Notes under the pieces: model-generated
Databases searched by the model: none
Told to the model about the DNA's origin: nothing
The model's input: the letters and a program-made list of their open reading frames with translations, nothing else
Shown here: positions 22,185 to 36,694 of the stretch, piece after piece
Layout: each line of letters begins with the position of its first letter
Numbering within the stretch: the stretch's first letter is position 1
Assembly: GCA_002633005.1 (NCBI GenBank)
Contig: NMRA01000001.1
Span: 3,762,102 to 3,826,101, forward strand
DNA from: Phoronis australis
Taxonomy: Eukaryota; Animalia; Phoronida
DNA length: 64,000 bases
Reading direction: 5' to 3'
Program-made: the position numbers and the translations under genes

Positions 22185-25100
22185 ATGGCCGCCCAAGCGG
22201 AGGGTGGGGGGAAAGACGATGTTAAAACACAGTTCATGACACGCGAAGGGACTTACAAAGTTATGACTTTATCTGAATATTCTCGGCCTAACAGACCACC
22301 ATATCAGAATCAGGCAGGAAACAACACTCCGGTGCACGTCTCGTTCATAAATTTGGACGACCAGTCGGGGACGGGAGATCGAATATGTTTCAATATTGGT
22401 CGGGAATTGTATTTTTATATGTACAAAGGTGTTCGGAAGGTTTGTATATGGTTATATCACGTATTAAGCTACATGTAATATGGCACTTGCATGCTTTTTC
22501 TTTTATCACCAATTGTGAAGATTCAGAAACTTTTAAGAGTTTCAACAGAAGTGATTAGTTGCCTAACTTCCGGTTTGTTTGCAGTTTCTGTTTACGAACA
22601 TGAATTTAGAACTGTGATCGATTTTTGCCGTTAACGGAGTTAAGTGAATACACCAGGTTTACATTAGTACTTGTCAGAATTAATGTCAGCCAATGTGACT
22701 TAGAGATGAGCTGCGACGACTGTCGTTGACTCTACTTAGAAAACGATTTAATGCTTTAGTTTCGGAGTGCCTGCTGTTTTGACGCAAAAATTCATGATTG
22801 TAAGTGTGATTTTGCTAGGGACATCAAAAAATTTTCACGACTTTAAGTGTGGAGTTGTCTGGGGACACAAAATCAGTTTTAGTCTTTCTTATTCGGGGCA
22901 CAACATAAGTTAGTAAACGCTAGAGAATACAAGTGGAAATTTAGCCTCACTTGATTGTACGGGGGTTAATCAGACATTCGGCTTTATTTTCTTTTTTGGT
23001 CGTCCATACTGCATCTCCAACTGTAGACCTGAAAATCGTGTTTAGTGCACTTACCGGCATGTTTTTTACAATCATGCGTTCTCTTAATAATTGCAGTAAA
23101 TCATTCGATTTAATGGCAATAAAGCCCTTGTTGCCGAGCCTGAATATCAAGGTTTTGCTGTTTAACTGCTCTGGTTACCTAAGACCTTTGAAATTGAAGT
23201 ACACAGGCCCGAAGTTCAAAGGATTTGCAGTAACCATAAGACTAGTTATCAATATGAATGTTAAAATAGTTAAATTGACGCTCTCCAATTGACACGTGTA
23301 TTTGAGTAGCCAAGCGCGCAAGTTGAAATAGGACAAAATACACGTAGAAAAATACCTGCTAAAATTCTAGGACTGACCTGAGATCCGAATGTCAAATTTG
23401 TTGAAGCAAGTAGATATATCTAAGTGCAAACTCCCTCTATTTGTTTGCGCGGTTCAAACTTTTACAACTCAAACAATTAAAAAACTTCTTGTCAAAAACT
23501 TCCGCGTAGCATTTTATGCTCAGGCCGAATGACGAATTGATGCTGTACAAATTTCATGAGCAAAAGTTCTTTGTCAATGTTATTGCGGGTTTAATGACTA
23601 GTTTTGTGTGAAAAAGCCTCAAAATACTTCAAGTTTGTGCAGAATTCCATTATTGTGTGGTTCAAGTTTGCTCCTTTGGAACTGCATGAATATATGCCAT
23701 GTGTGGAAAAAATAGGTCAACCACAAAATGTCACGTTATCGCATTCTTCAGTTCTATACTGGTACTGAATATGTGCCATATATACATACACCGTCGGAGG
23801 TCCTAAAGTCGTGAGTTGTGAACGATCATATTTCTGCTTCTGCGCTGTCCCATGACATCTAGCATTGAAGTTTTGAGCGTTCGTCTGCTTATGAACGTCA
23901 AACGAATTGGACATATTGATATTCACAATATGATAATAAACAGTGCGTGGTGGCTTCTTTTTACAAATGTATCTTAAAACAGCATATATTTCACTAATCC
24001 ATTTTTTTGTGCATTTTCAGAATATATTTTCAAAACTAAACAGTGTTCAGATTTGCTGTAATACTCGCTCCAGGGGTGGCCAGAATAATTTATCATAATG
24101 TGTCAGGGTCGATCAAGTTTTTCAAGGCCAAAGCAATAAAATACAGAGCAATAATTGATGCTGGGTTCTTAGCATTTTACGTAAACGTCACTGAAAAGGT
24201 CTGTACACATCAAAGTTGGGTGCAAAACACATAACAATTTATTTCAATTGAAACTGAATTAATAAACAATGCAATGCATTTTTATGTTGTCTAGAGCAAC
24301 TGTAAGCACTAGTTGATTTGTGTGGTCTTTCTTCGTGCATTTCCATCTAAACGAAACGGTCACAACTTTAGAGCCTCATTCAAAATGGCCGGCAATAGCA
24401 GCGACCATTTCAAAACTCTCCTTACGGAGACAAACAAGGGTTAAGGTTGGCAAAACACGTATATTTGTGAAGGCTGATATATGTCCATGACATCACATGA
24501 GCAGTTGCTAACGGACATTAGGTAATTTGACAATCGTGCTTTTTATGCTTATATTCACGACTTTAGGTCACTGATGTCTACATGTATATATGTTTTTGGA
24601 TAAAATAGGTTAGGCACAAAATGTCATGTGTAGAGCACCTGTTCTTTTTGGCTTCGGACGTGAACAAGGCCGAGATTTGGCTCTTAAATCTCGTAGAAAA
24701 GAATGGTTCTTTTGAAGAATTTTTGTAGTATGAGAGCCTTTGGTAGACTTTAGACTTGTTAAGTGTCAATGTAAACAACATACCACACCCGTTATCGTCA
24801 TGGTTTCACAGATGTCCTCTCGCCCAGAGTAGAAAAGTAGCAGCAGTGCAGTGCAGTGCAGAAGCAATTTTTAAAATACTGTAAATCAGTTTACCACTAC
24901 ATTATAGTTTCAACAATGCAGATCTTGTATTTATCTAGCAAAATGTATCTTATGCTGGCTAAAAAAAGAACAGCCCGAAACTCCTGAAATTAGCAAAGAT
25001 TTTGTTGTAGTTTGTACCCAAAAGGGTAAGTAATGTTCACCAATCAGGGGCTTTTTCCTTGGTTGTCACTTCTAACGTTTATTGTTATGTGAATGGCGCC

Positions 25101-28100
25101 ACCATTCTCAACACCGTTCTAGAAATGCCCAATCCCTAGTTAACCACGTACCCCCGAGAAATTTACGCAAATTTCTCCTTTCTACAGTGGCCGACACGAA
25201 ATTACATAGGAGTATGCTACATATGCACGTTGAACTCGTAAGGTATGAGTAGAATTTACTGATTTTCAGTCATAAATATGTATCCCAAAAATTTTGAGTC
25301 AATTTTTGTTGTTGTTTTTTTTTGAAATGAAAGGTATATATTTTATTGCCGTATGGGAGACTTTTGACTGTCTCCATTTTCCAGTTACTTTTTCTGATAT
25401 TTTATGAAGTAATGCTCTGTACAAGTGCATGCCACTCAAATGTGTCCTTGATGGAGTGCCCTTAACCTAGATTGTAATGATTATGTGTTGCCCATGAAAT
25501 GGTAGAGTCCATTCTCTCAGGAATATTATGTGGCTAACCAGGAATGGCAGAGTATGTAAATCTAATAAGCAGTCTTAAGTGTGCTATTTTTAATGGAATA
25601 ATTAAGTTGTGGGCCTCAGCCATCATGAAAATAATGAATTGTGTGGTGTCCTTCAACACACCTTTGACTGTTAGTATCAGAAGTTATCAATGAATGAAAT
25701 AGTAGACCAAGACACTACCAAATGTCTAAATGTGTCCCCATTCACAGAATGTAAGATATGCCCAGAACTGAGTAACAAAATAAGTCAACGCAATATAAAA
25801 ATGAGTTATCTTTTCAGTGAGTAGTGTTTCACAGTAGGCACTGGGTTCCTGTGCAACAAATCTTGCATTGTCCTTTCTCATGTAGTCTTGAGAAGTTACA
25901 TGTGCATAACATGTTGAAGCAAGAAACTCTTCAACCATCAGTCTGTAAGAATTAGTGAAAATATCTATTCTGAAAGTCTCATCGTAAATATGATTGTTTG
26001 GTGTCATGCGAATAATTTTCCATTTGAATTTTGTTTAAATAAATGATCGTAGTGGGTTGTTTCCTGCAATAGGTTTGATTCAAATGTCACATGTGATAAT
26101 ATCTGGAGAAAGTAGTAAACTGAAATGATAATAATTTTTACGTTTCCACAAATTCAGCTGGAGGCTGGAATATTGTGGTGGATCCCGTGCTTGTGGATTT
26201 ATCAATGGAAGACTTTCAAATAGCAATATGGTGACTGGTCACGTGGGACAGGATACCAGTGACCTCTTTAGGATGAGGAGGCACTTTTATAACTTTTGTT
26301 TAAAACACATCACATCTAATCACATAGATTGTAAAAGGAGTCTTTTCACAAAGTGAAATTGTTCCCCTATGTCAACTGCTGCAAAGACAAAGTAACTCAT
26401 GCTACAGCTAGGTGGCGTTATGAGTCACCGATCCCACGTGATCATCCCCTGTTGCTTCTTGAAGGTCTCCCATTCCCTTCTCCAGTAAAATTTGATTATA
26501 TCTGCACCTCAGCTCAATAGCACACGAACCAGACAGTAGTGCGCAGTTCTAGGAGGAAAATTTTAAACTGTGGCTGTAAAGTAGTTTTTGCTTGTTTTTA
26601 TGTCATGGTTGTACAAATGCACCTCTTTTCATATTTCATGTTGCATTCTTTCTGCCCAACAATTTATTATTTCTAGAATTCAATTGTAAAATCGATGTAA
26701 TTTCTGTCAATGCCTGTTTTCAATAAACATTAAAACCACCACCACCACTGTTACTTCTAGTCCTTTAATTACCATTATGATATTTGTAGAGGTAAACAAC
26801 CGAGTTCAGCTAAGTACTTGCGCACTGAAATTTTCTAGTTTTTGCAATATGCAATGTACACGGTGGGCGCACGTCAATGGTCTGCGTTACTCTTGTTGTG
26901 TTTCATTTCAAATGGTTTGGTGAGTGTGGTAGATAACTAACTAGTTTAAGGTTCTTCTGTTGCAGGCTGCTGACCTCACCAAACCCATAGACAAGCGTGT
27001 ATACAAGGGTACGTTCCCCACGTGTCATGACTTTAATATGTTGACGGCCACCTCCGACAGTGTGATGCTATTGGTGGGATTCACCGCTGGGCAAGTGCAA
27101 CTGATTGATCCCATTCAGAAGGAGAATAACAAGCTGTATAACGAAGAGGTAGGGATGATACGATGCGCGCTCCGAATGTTTGAACTTAAACTAAAATTGA
27201 TCTTCATATTTCTTTGGAAAATATTCAAGTATCGAGTTTCATGAATGAAGAACAGTTTTCAAAAAGATTAACAAATATCTGCTCATAGGAAAAACATACG
27301 CTGACTTTCTTGCAACGTGTTTGCTACTGTACAAGGCGAAAGTAATTGGACAAAATACTGTTTTCCGTCGTGATGGCTAATTCTGTTCACAGCCAAAATT
27401 AGTGATAATATAACTATTTGGGCAGCAAAATTCTAGTTATAGTATGGGTTAGCCATCTTACTGACTTCCTTGTTAGTTCACCGTCATTCTTAGTCATGAG
27501 GGAAGACTATGATGATGAATACAACTTCTGCCCAACTGTCATGACGGGTCATTTTGTCTGATTACTTTTGGTATATTAACCCTTCAACAAAAGTAAACAA
27601 ATTTCACCAAAATCTGTTAACTTCGTAACAAATACTACGTATATTCACTTGTTTCGTATGCTCTTGTTAAGGATGATTCTATAATGATTTTATCGCTTTA
27701 TTGTCTGTTTTATCGATATTCGTCCCCAAATTACTCGTCCCTACATTTCGGACAAATTTGATCAAATATCATTCCTGATCGTTTCATTTTGAGTCGAAAT
27801 TTGGCTTTCTACCTTGACAAGGATATTTATTTTTTCGTTACCTTCCAGAGGTTAATCGACAAGACGAAGGCAACTTGCATCAAGTGGTTACCTGGATCTC
27901 CCAATCAATTTTTAGTGTCCCATTCGAGTGGACAGATGTACGTGTATAATGAAGAACTACTGTGCGGGGCCACACCTCCGCATTACCAGATGTTTAAGCA
28001 GGGCGATGGATTCAATGTTTATACGTGCAAAACGAAAACCACAAGAAACCCACTGTATCGGTGGGTGATAGGCGAGGGAGCTATTAATCAGTTTGAGTTC

Positions 28101-30274
28101 TCACCATGCAGTAAATACCTAGCTGTGGTCAGTCAAGATGGATACCTGCGGGTGTTCAACTTTGACACGATGGAGTTAGTCGGACTCATGAAGAGCTACT
28201 TTGGTGGATTGTTGTGTGTGTGTTGGTCACCAGATGGTAAATATGTGGCTGTTGGTGGTGAAGACGATTTAGTTTCAGTCTGGTCATTCCACGAGAATCG
28301 GACGGTGTGCCGAGGTCATGGCCACAAGTCGTGGGTCAATGCTGTGAGTTTTGATCCATATACGACTAGTTTGGCCGACGGCGAGTTTGACTTCAGTGGC
28401 AGCGATGACGATTTCCTTGGTGTGCCTCGCAACAATTCTAGTCTCTTGAACAATGAGTCGGGTTTACGGGACTCGATTCGCAGTTCAAATTCATCACGCA
28501 ATGCATCAAAGAGGGACTCGTGTGAAAGTAAATCCTTAACTGGTATGACATTCTATAGGTTTGCCTCAGTGGGTCAGGATGCAATGTTGTGTCTTTGGGA
28601 CCTTACTGAGGACATTCTTAAGCAGCCTGTGATAAGACCAAGGACTAGTACATTGAATCAGTCGTTCGGTGCTGATAACCCCAGTGTGCGGAGCAACAGT
28701 GTTCCGCCAACCCCTGTAGCAAACACCATAGGTCACGTTATCACACCCGATAACCACGCTCATTCCAACGCCACTACGGTAGCAAATAAGTTTGCCACGT
28801 TGACATTTGGCGAGCGCAAGGAGAATCATAGTGAACATAAAAAGGAACACAAAAAGAATTTTAGCCTCGGCAGTCGGAGTGGCGACAAACTCAATGCAAT
28901 GAAATCGAACTATGTTCAACCTGCCGATGAAGTAATTAAGACTCTAGGCACTCCACTGTGTCCGCGCATCTCTGAGGTGCCTATGTTGGAGGCACTAGTG
29001 TGTAAAAAGGTAGCTCACGAGAGGCTAACAGCAATCGTTTTCAAAGAGGACTGTTTAATAACTGCTTGTCAAGAGGGCTGTGTGTGTACATGGGCTAGAC
29101 CAGGCAAAGTGGTAAGCAGTGGTGTTGGTTGATGGCAATTGTTATTATTACAATGGTGGTTGTAGCAAGAATATTTAGCAAGACAGAAACTTAATTTGTG
29201 ATACTGCCTGGCTGAATTTGTATTTTGTTATCATATTGACAATAGTAATATTTAAGTAATTATCATTAGACAGACACAGTCTAAAATCTTGTTGTTATAA
29301 AGTGTTAATGGACACTGTTGACACAACTGTTTTGACCACCACAATACTAAATGAGCTCTTGATGATAAAACCTGTATGTTGTCATAATATTGACAATAAT
29401 TAATAATAGCTAATCGAGACAAACTCTTCAGTTTTTGTAATAAAAGTTTAAAAAGAGTTTTCAATAGCAGTAATAAAAAGTAATAGAACAATAGACGTTG
29501 AAGCGAGCTCCATTCCTTCCTGATCATGACACTTATGTACTGCTCTGGAAACAGTAATTCTCGTTGTAATTTAAGGTAGAACAAATGTTTACCTTATCCA
29601 AGCAAGTGTTTGCTTTGCACATATGCTTCTATGACAGTCATCAACCTTATTTTGTCTATTAAAACACTCATCATATGATCGAATGAATGTTCGTGGCTAT
29701 CTATGTTTACATTATGAATCATTGTTATAGTCTTCCAAAGCCTTTGCAACAGTTGATACCCCCACAACCATCACGTAACTCTTTGGTGAGACGCACGTTG
29801 GCTGTTAGAAGAACTATTTTATCTTATCCAGATAATGTCTAGTTCCAGTCAAGCTGTTGGCTCTGACTGAGCTTTGTTTAATCAATTTTCTCCCAGCATT
29901 GTAAAAGTTCCTGTGTTATCCTTTCACTCAAGATCCAAGGTTATGGGAAGTCTAGCTTAACGATTGCAAATTACTCAGATGGTTGTAGTGAGAACACACT
30001 AGCCAAGTGTTGATACTGTCTGCTGGGTGTAACGTGTGAACCAACCAAAATGACTGTTTCCCTAAACAAGAACTAAGGAACACTTAGAGTGGGTAGACAC
30101 TGTAAGGAGCTAAGTCCAAGTATAACTTAGCTGTGCAGTGTTTACCCTATGTCATTGCTTAGTTTTAGCATAATTTGTTGTTTGATTTCCACGTTTTTAT
30201 TTTTTTTCTAGGGCTTAACCCAACAGACAGCAATGTCACCCTCCTCTCCAACACCAGGGGGCACTGTAGTATGA
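22185..30274 (+). CDS. WDR20: WD repeat-containing protein 20 / DMWD family (USP12/USP46 activator), 4 coding exons, about 587 aa
   Basis: Exons 22185-22439, 26966-27148, 27849-29111, 30212-30274; all GT-AG, phase 0. Motifs KTQFMTREGTYK..SEYSRPNR, AADLTKPIDKRVYKGT, KSYFGGLLCVCWSPDGKY, YRFASVGQD, LGTPLCPR..EVPMLE, KKVAHERLT. Last exon encodes GLTQQTAMSPSSPTPGGTVV*. Confidence 0.95.
26204..26475. mobile_element. Diverged MITE in WDR20 intron 1
   Basis: AATGGAAGACTTTCAAATAGCAA..TCACGTGGGA inverted against TCCCACGTGATC..TTGCTTCTTGAAGGTCTCCCATT. Confidence 0.6.
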
Positions 30275-33200
30275 CAACATGTAAGACTAAGTATTCTCTA
30301 TTTGTCATTGTTCATAGTAGTCAGGAAATTCCTTTGCACCAGTTAAAAAAGTCAAATGATTAACAATAATTCATGAACTTCACTGCTTTGTATATGGTAT
30401 TCGTCCAGAGATAGGGCCATCCTCAGTTTTTTGTTTAATCGTTTATATAAACCTTCCTGATGGAGCATAAACCTATTCGTCGCACCTCTTGATAGGGTTA
30501 TAACATGCTCGCATTTTGAGATCCAGTTTTATCCACCAAATAACGCTCTAAACTGATTCCCAAACTGTGGACTTGTTATATCCGAGTATTTTTATCAATG
30601 GCCTCGTTCCAGTCTCCAGTGCGCTGTCTGCTTTGTACAATCCTAAAATACAGCCAATGTCCTGACTAAAGTGTCTTTTTTATTTGGAAAGTCCTGGGAA
30701 TTGTCCAGCCTGATAGGTGTCGCATCAGTACAGTGCATTTACTATGAACTAACAACAGCGTAGTATATTTAAATGGTGAGATTTTAAATGTGTAGTTGTT
30801 ACCCAGCGGATATCAACATGGAATTAAAAGTAAAAACAGTTATTGCGATTTTGTTGGTAGGGCCAGCTTTTGTTGCTAAGTTACTCAATGTTATTTCCAT
30901 GACCAATCACAAGTCGGAATATATTGCAGCAATCTAGTCTCTGGGTGGGTACTGATGTAACCTCTTGAGTCAAATCAAGTAGATCCCTTTTGTTGCTCAC
31001 TATGGAAATGAATCTGTGCTTGTGTCAAAAGCTCCCCAATTATAGTAAACTCGTAAAAGAGGGACTTGCATAAATCGGGTTTCCCATTAACTTGGTCAAA
31101 GTTCAGCAGTAGGATTGTTCAAGTTCGTGGACACTACCCTTCAGATGAGTTGAAATTTGCCGTTACCGGATGAAATGTTACCGTCCTTTTGGGTGGAACT
31201 TACGAATGTTTTACTGTACAAGTCAATGGGCTTATTCGGGACGTATTTTAGCCATTGGACAACAACACTGCACTTTCAAGGACGGTTTCTCAATAAAAGC
31301 AGTATGGTACAGGCATCCAAACTCGATGATCTTTGACTTACTAAGACTAATGAAAATGTTAAATCCGGCAGTTTTATGCTTGATTGGGTAGCATTCCAGT
31401 GGAACTCATGGCAACATTTACATTCTAAGCACATTCAAAGTACATATTATATGTTCCAAGCATCGGTCTCTTAGGCTTTCAAAGTGATTTTGGAACCTTC
31501 TGTGACTTTTTGCTCTTTGTCCTGGGTAAAGAAAATTTTTGTTGACCGTTATCATTAAGATAGCCTTGAAGTGTGAAGTCACCGAACAATTTAAACTTCG
31601 TTGATGTGGGGTGGGAAGAAATACCCCAGTCTGTGATAGAATTCTTGTTTTCACTTCGTGAGAACCATTTGCTGGTTCCCATTCATCGAGGTTGCTGCCA
31701 TGTCTTTCAACTGGTGAAGCAGTTGTGGGCCTTTGTTACTGGTCAATTAATGAACCTCAGCAGTTCATTGCTTCTCTTTCATTGTCAATTTACATGGATT
31801 TTATTTTCCTTTCAGTAATATTCTGACCTGCAAGATGAAGCACGAATCTACCTTTGAACTGCCAGATATTTGGACCAATATCATTAACAGGTTTTTATAG
31901 TGATGTGATAGCCCTGGTGTTTTATGTCATAGGAATTTTTTGATTTTGTTGACACAGTTGTGAAAAGTTAGCGGGAAGGTGTTTTGTTTCATCGTATGTA
32001 GAGAAATCGAGTCTCAATACTCATTTTGGGCTTCTCACGAATTTCGTGTGGCCTCAATCGTAACAAAAAGCGATCAGATGTTTAATTTGTAAATCGATAT
32101 CACCTCCGTTGTTATACTTTGGGCAATTTTAATGAGCATTCAACTGCCTGCACACCGTGATACTTTTTTGTCGATTCAATGCAGAGAGGATTTGCAGCCT
32201 GGTCATAACTGTTGATTGGTCATTGTAGGATTTAGCATAGGTGTCAGAAATGCGGGATTTATTCTGAAGATGACGTTTTGATACACAAACTCAGATTCCG
32301 ATGCGAACACACTATTTATTTTCGCTAAGAACTTTGTCTTTGTGGACTTTTGATAGATTTTTCTATAATATTCGAACTGTTGATTGCTAAGAGTCTGTTA
32401 CGGTAGAATTGTTTGAACCAGTGTTGAGATATTTGATAATTTATATTTGTAGTGGAAAATGTGGTGAGCAGTGTGTCCAGACAAGGAAATAGTAAAATCA
32501 TGTATCATTGTTTTCAAATTGCTTGGTAAATTGCTGGTAATGAGAAACATTTAATTAAAGCTGCATTTGGCCCGTTAATGGCTTTGGGGTTTGAAAACAT
32601 TACCACACTCGTCCAGTCTTGATTCATTGCTAAATCAGCTGACAACTCAAGTTTAGGCAATGCACACGTGTGCCATTTTTTGAATCGACAATTTTATGGT
32701 TGGCCAACCCCATTATAGTCTGTATGGTTTCCTTGGGTTGCCGATGGTTTGATGTTCTTGTTGGTTACGCAAATATAATCCTATCACAGTAAGGAATATT
32801 ATGTGATCGATTTTATGAGCGTAAAAGGCCTAATTCTATTCTCATTTTTTGGCCAGTTAAAGAGGGCAAATGCAGCTTTAACTAAACGTAGATGAGATAA
32901 AAATTCTTGCACTTTAATAATCTGAAAAAAGTAAATTCTTTTCCTGAGGTGACCACACTTGTGATATCAAGACAAATGAGAATGTTTGGTATTGAAGTCT
33001 TTCTTTTCATTAATTGTGAAAATTTCCATTTTCAATATGAGTGCACCCTGAAATGAAAAATCCTTACTGTTAAATATACTCTGTGCTCCAAGTTCAATGT
33101 TATTGACATTACCTTATTTGTCTGTCTGTGCAATGTTTGACTCAAATCATGTGCTGGTATTATACTTGTGACTGAGACCAGTGGACAGTGGAAAGGCATA

Positions 33201-33840
33201 AACGCTCATAGTGATAAATGTGCTGAAAATTCAAGTTATATCCAATCTTAGTGGAAGTTTAATGGATTGTTTTTGTAGCCCCTCCGTGATCATGAAATTG
33301 TTGACATACAGCTAGTGGTGAGGCATAAATTAGTATTGTGTGTTTGTCTTGCTCTACTGACCATAGAATATGCGCATGGCTCAAAATGTCTTGATATCTG
33401 ACAAAAAATCAGTTTTAAATGTGGCATACATGTATTTGTGGCATGAAAAGTGACCGGAGGTTGACTATGAAATATGGAAAAATAAAATATTTTACATTTC
33501 CTATGTCAGAGCGTTGAGGGTTGCATTGCTGGTGTTGCTGAATATATGAAATGCAGTTGTATGAAAAGTATCCACTGTTATTATGATAAATCAATAGACA
33601 CCCCTGGGCCAAAATATAAAGCATGTTAATTGAAGATAAACTAGAGTACCTAGGGTTGGGAACTAGGTCTGGTTGTCATGGTGACTGTATTTTTCCCAGT
33701 GCTTGCCAGCTTTGATCTGGTATGAGCTATGTACTGTTTGTAGCCCAGGTTATTGAACTGTTGGCCTGTGTACATGGGAAGTTTATTTCTAGCCTGCCAA
33801 AAATAAACATAATAAATAAGATGATTTACCTGACCACAGT
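30275..33840 (+). other. Probable long WDR20 3' UTR ending at tandem polyadenylation signals
   Basis: About 3.5 kb with no repeat I recognise after the stop; AATAAA at 33802 and 33811 followed by a GT/T-rich tract at about 33840; repeat-rich DNA resumes at about 34200. Confidence 0.5.
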
Positions 33841-34207
33841 TTTCGTTTTCACTGGTGGTGAATGTATGTAGTAGGATCCGCCTATACAGAGATTCATTAG
33901 GGTATTGAAGGAGAGAGGTACACTGAAACTAAGAAAGCAAGGTCAACAAACACCATTTCTATTGTAGCAACTGGTGGATGTCTGGTTGTGAAGGTGTTTT
34001 CGAAGTCTTCAAGTTAATTTCAGTCATTAATATAAGAGGGAGACCATTGCTGCTCAAGAATCGAATTGACATACCTAGGCGACAGGTATACATTACACTA
34101 AGATGAGTATTGCAGTGAAACAATACATAACACCAGGAAGGCGTGACCAGGTGGTGAATGCATTCCTGATAACAGTAAACACTGGGGCCGCTCATAAATC
34201 TACACTT

Positions 34208-34373
34208 CAGGGGAGCGGATCCAGGATTTTGAGTTAGGGGGGGGGGGGGCAGGGCAGAGTATTAGCCAGGATTTTGCCCGTCAGACATTAGCACCCTCGT
34301 ACTGCCAAATGGAATCTGGGAGAATTTTAGGTGGGGCCATGGCCCCCTTGGCTCCCCTCTAAATCCACCTTTG
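34208..34373 (+). mobile_element. Short non-autonomous DNA transposon (CAGG..GCGGATCCAGGA family)
   Basis: GCGGATCCAGGATTTTGAGTT-polyG-CAGGGCAGAGTATTAG...GGCCCC..GG.TCCCCTCTAAAT; second copy at 36695-36857. Confidence 0.7.
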
Positions 34374-34894
34374 CACTGGTTAACGTGGACTGATGCACAA
34401 TTGTAGAAACCGAAACATGACATATTTGTACATACTTCGGATTTTGTTACTCTCCTTGTTTGCTGTAAAACCGCGCCTAGTTACTAAGTGTGCCCTTAGT
34501 GGAGCCCGTTCTGTAGACGCAGTCCACTCGCAAAAACGCAAGTCTGCCTTGTGCGGGACTTCACGGCGGCGCGTTGTAAACAAAGCACGTGATCATCTTG
34601 CGTACTATGTAAGGCAAACATGTTGTTTGCAGATTGTTAGTCGGTAACTAAACAACCTTATTTACTCTGTTCACAGAGATGAGTATTGGCTAGAGGTTAG
34701 TAGGTCGGCCGATGGTATATTCCGCCGGCGCCCGGCGTCCATCATTTGCGCTGCGCTGTTGCTGTGGCGCACACAAAAGTCCTTATTTTTCCTGATAACT
34801 GTCTACAAATCTACATATACCTGAACTTCGCGGCGCTGCGTGGAGGTTATGATAAAGATTTGCTCGCCTTTCATAAACTTGCACCTAATCTACG

Positions 34895-35581
34895 TTAAAG
34901 AGGCATGTAACGCGAAATCATGTCTATGTCTTTTAAACAATTTCTGACGAAAATATTATATCGCAACGTCTTTCACTTTCTCCTATGAGAGAAATTTCCT
35001 GGAAAAATCATAAATTCACGAGATTGGAATACGCCCTAAGGAAAAACTATAGTTTCTAATCTCCCTATCGCTTATAACAAATTCCCGCACGCGCTCACAC
35101 TCATTTGACAAACAGCTGCCTGACAAGATAACGGCTGAGTAGGCTATCTTGTGTGACTGATTTTACTCCGAATATGAGGTTAACAGAACAGTACAAATAT
35201 GCAAGTCAGTGAAACAACGATTTCCCAAAGAAATCCCAGTGCAAATGAATACCTAGATACTAATTTATAACTCAACTTTAAACAGTAAGGACTCAAATCA
35301 ATTACTGATTGACTGCTGCTTGAAGTCGCCGTTGTATAGTTTACACCAAACGTCAAGGGTCACATTTCCTTATAAGAGAAATGTGCTGCGTCTATGTCTT
35401 GACTGGCATACCAAATAAGGAGACGTGCTTTGCCTTGAGGAAAAAATCGACGCTGTGACGAAAATTGACGGATCGTTTTTTGAAATTTTAAACTAAAAGA
35501 AAAAGGTTTAGACATCAACAGAAATAATTTTTTTTTTTGCAAACAAACAGTAAAAATACTTTTTGAACAGGTTGACCTCTN
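34895..35581. mobile_element. Kolobok-like non-autonomous element
   Basis: Left TTAA|AGAGG; right GACCTCT abutting an N, so the right TSD is not visible. Confidence 0.35.
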
Positions 35582-35686
35582 TTTGTATAATTCATAATTT
35601 TTTGTAAGTATTTTACCTGAGCAGTTTCATAGTAATAAAAGTATTAAAGAACAAGAGTCTTTTCTTCTTGTAAGTCACAGCTAGTG

Positions 35687-35958
35687 TACTGGCTTAATAG
35701 GAGCCCATCAATGGCCCTGTACTGGGCCAACAGTCTGTCAATACTGGCCCTTTACAGGGCCGAAACCGGTTATTGGTGTACTGGCCCAGTAATGGCGTGG
35801 TACTGGTCCTTTACTGGCTGATACCGCAATCTTGTATCGGGGCCAATATGGGGAAGGTGTGCAGAATGTTATTGGGCCAGTACTGGCCTACATCATTGGG
35901 CCAATACATAAGACATTTCAGGGCCAGTATTGGCCCAGTACCTGCATGTTTACTGGGT
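35687..35958. repeat. MITE remnant with many internal TACTGGCCC / TGGGCCAA motifs
   Basis: About a dozen motif copies in both orientations, ending in ATGTTTACTGGG. Confidence 0.55.
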
Positions 35959-36694
35959 TTCAGTGGCAGAGAACCACTGTGCCTAATCCACCTTAGTATG
36001 TTCTTCACGTCCCAGGCCTCTTTAAAAGAAGCCGAAAATAGACTTCTTAATGCGCTTTCAATGCGCGGTCATAGTGGCCCATTCTGATGCCACAAAAACA
36101 ATTTCATGGGTTATGCATACATTTGCTTTTTGGCGAACTGTGGTTGCCACCCAGCTCTTACGACTAAAATACTGAGGTAAGCACATTCCCCCATCCGGGC
36201 GGTGCGGATAGGGGAATGTCCGTACGCCAGAGGGGAATAGCATGCGGAGCCGGCTCGGGACGGCGAGGAAGTTTATAGGTACTCTAGAGTTTCAAGTGTC
36301 TGAACTCAATCAACTGTTGATCTAAACGCACTCAGTTCAGTGTGTTCGTTTTTTATCGTCTGTGCCCCCTTCTTCACTTTCTTTGCTCCTGTATTTTCAT
36401 GGGCGGTGCAGCACTGAAATAAGTGGGGGAGGAGCTATAGCCTCCCCAGCCCTCTTTGGTGCACCGCCCATAATTTTCCGTCGCAAAATAGCTATGTGGC
36501 ATGCTCATCCGAAACTGACTCGTATTACAGCGATTAGCTCATTGGGCCACCAAAGCTTATCATAGTTACCGAAGTCCCACAAACGCTTATAGTTAACTCC
36601 TTTGCAAGCATATTACCTAGGACCAATATCATATGTATATTACTCCCAGATATTACACAATTAGGCACTGTCTGTAAGAAGGTTCTATACATAC

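Noticed and set aside
27505-27565. ATGATGA...CTGA in WDR20 intron 2
   Set aside because: No closing stem; lies in a small inverted-repeat remnant.
28316-28919. Antisense ORFs within WDR20 exon 3
   Set aside because: Expected shadow frames of a long coding exon; no independent evidence.
36185-36275. GC-rich patch suggestive of a structured RNA or promoter
   Set aside because: No recognisable ribozyme or Pol III motif; sits among transposon fragments.
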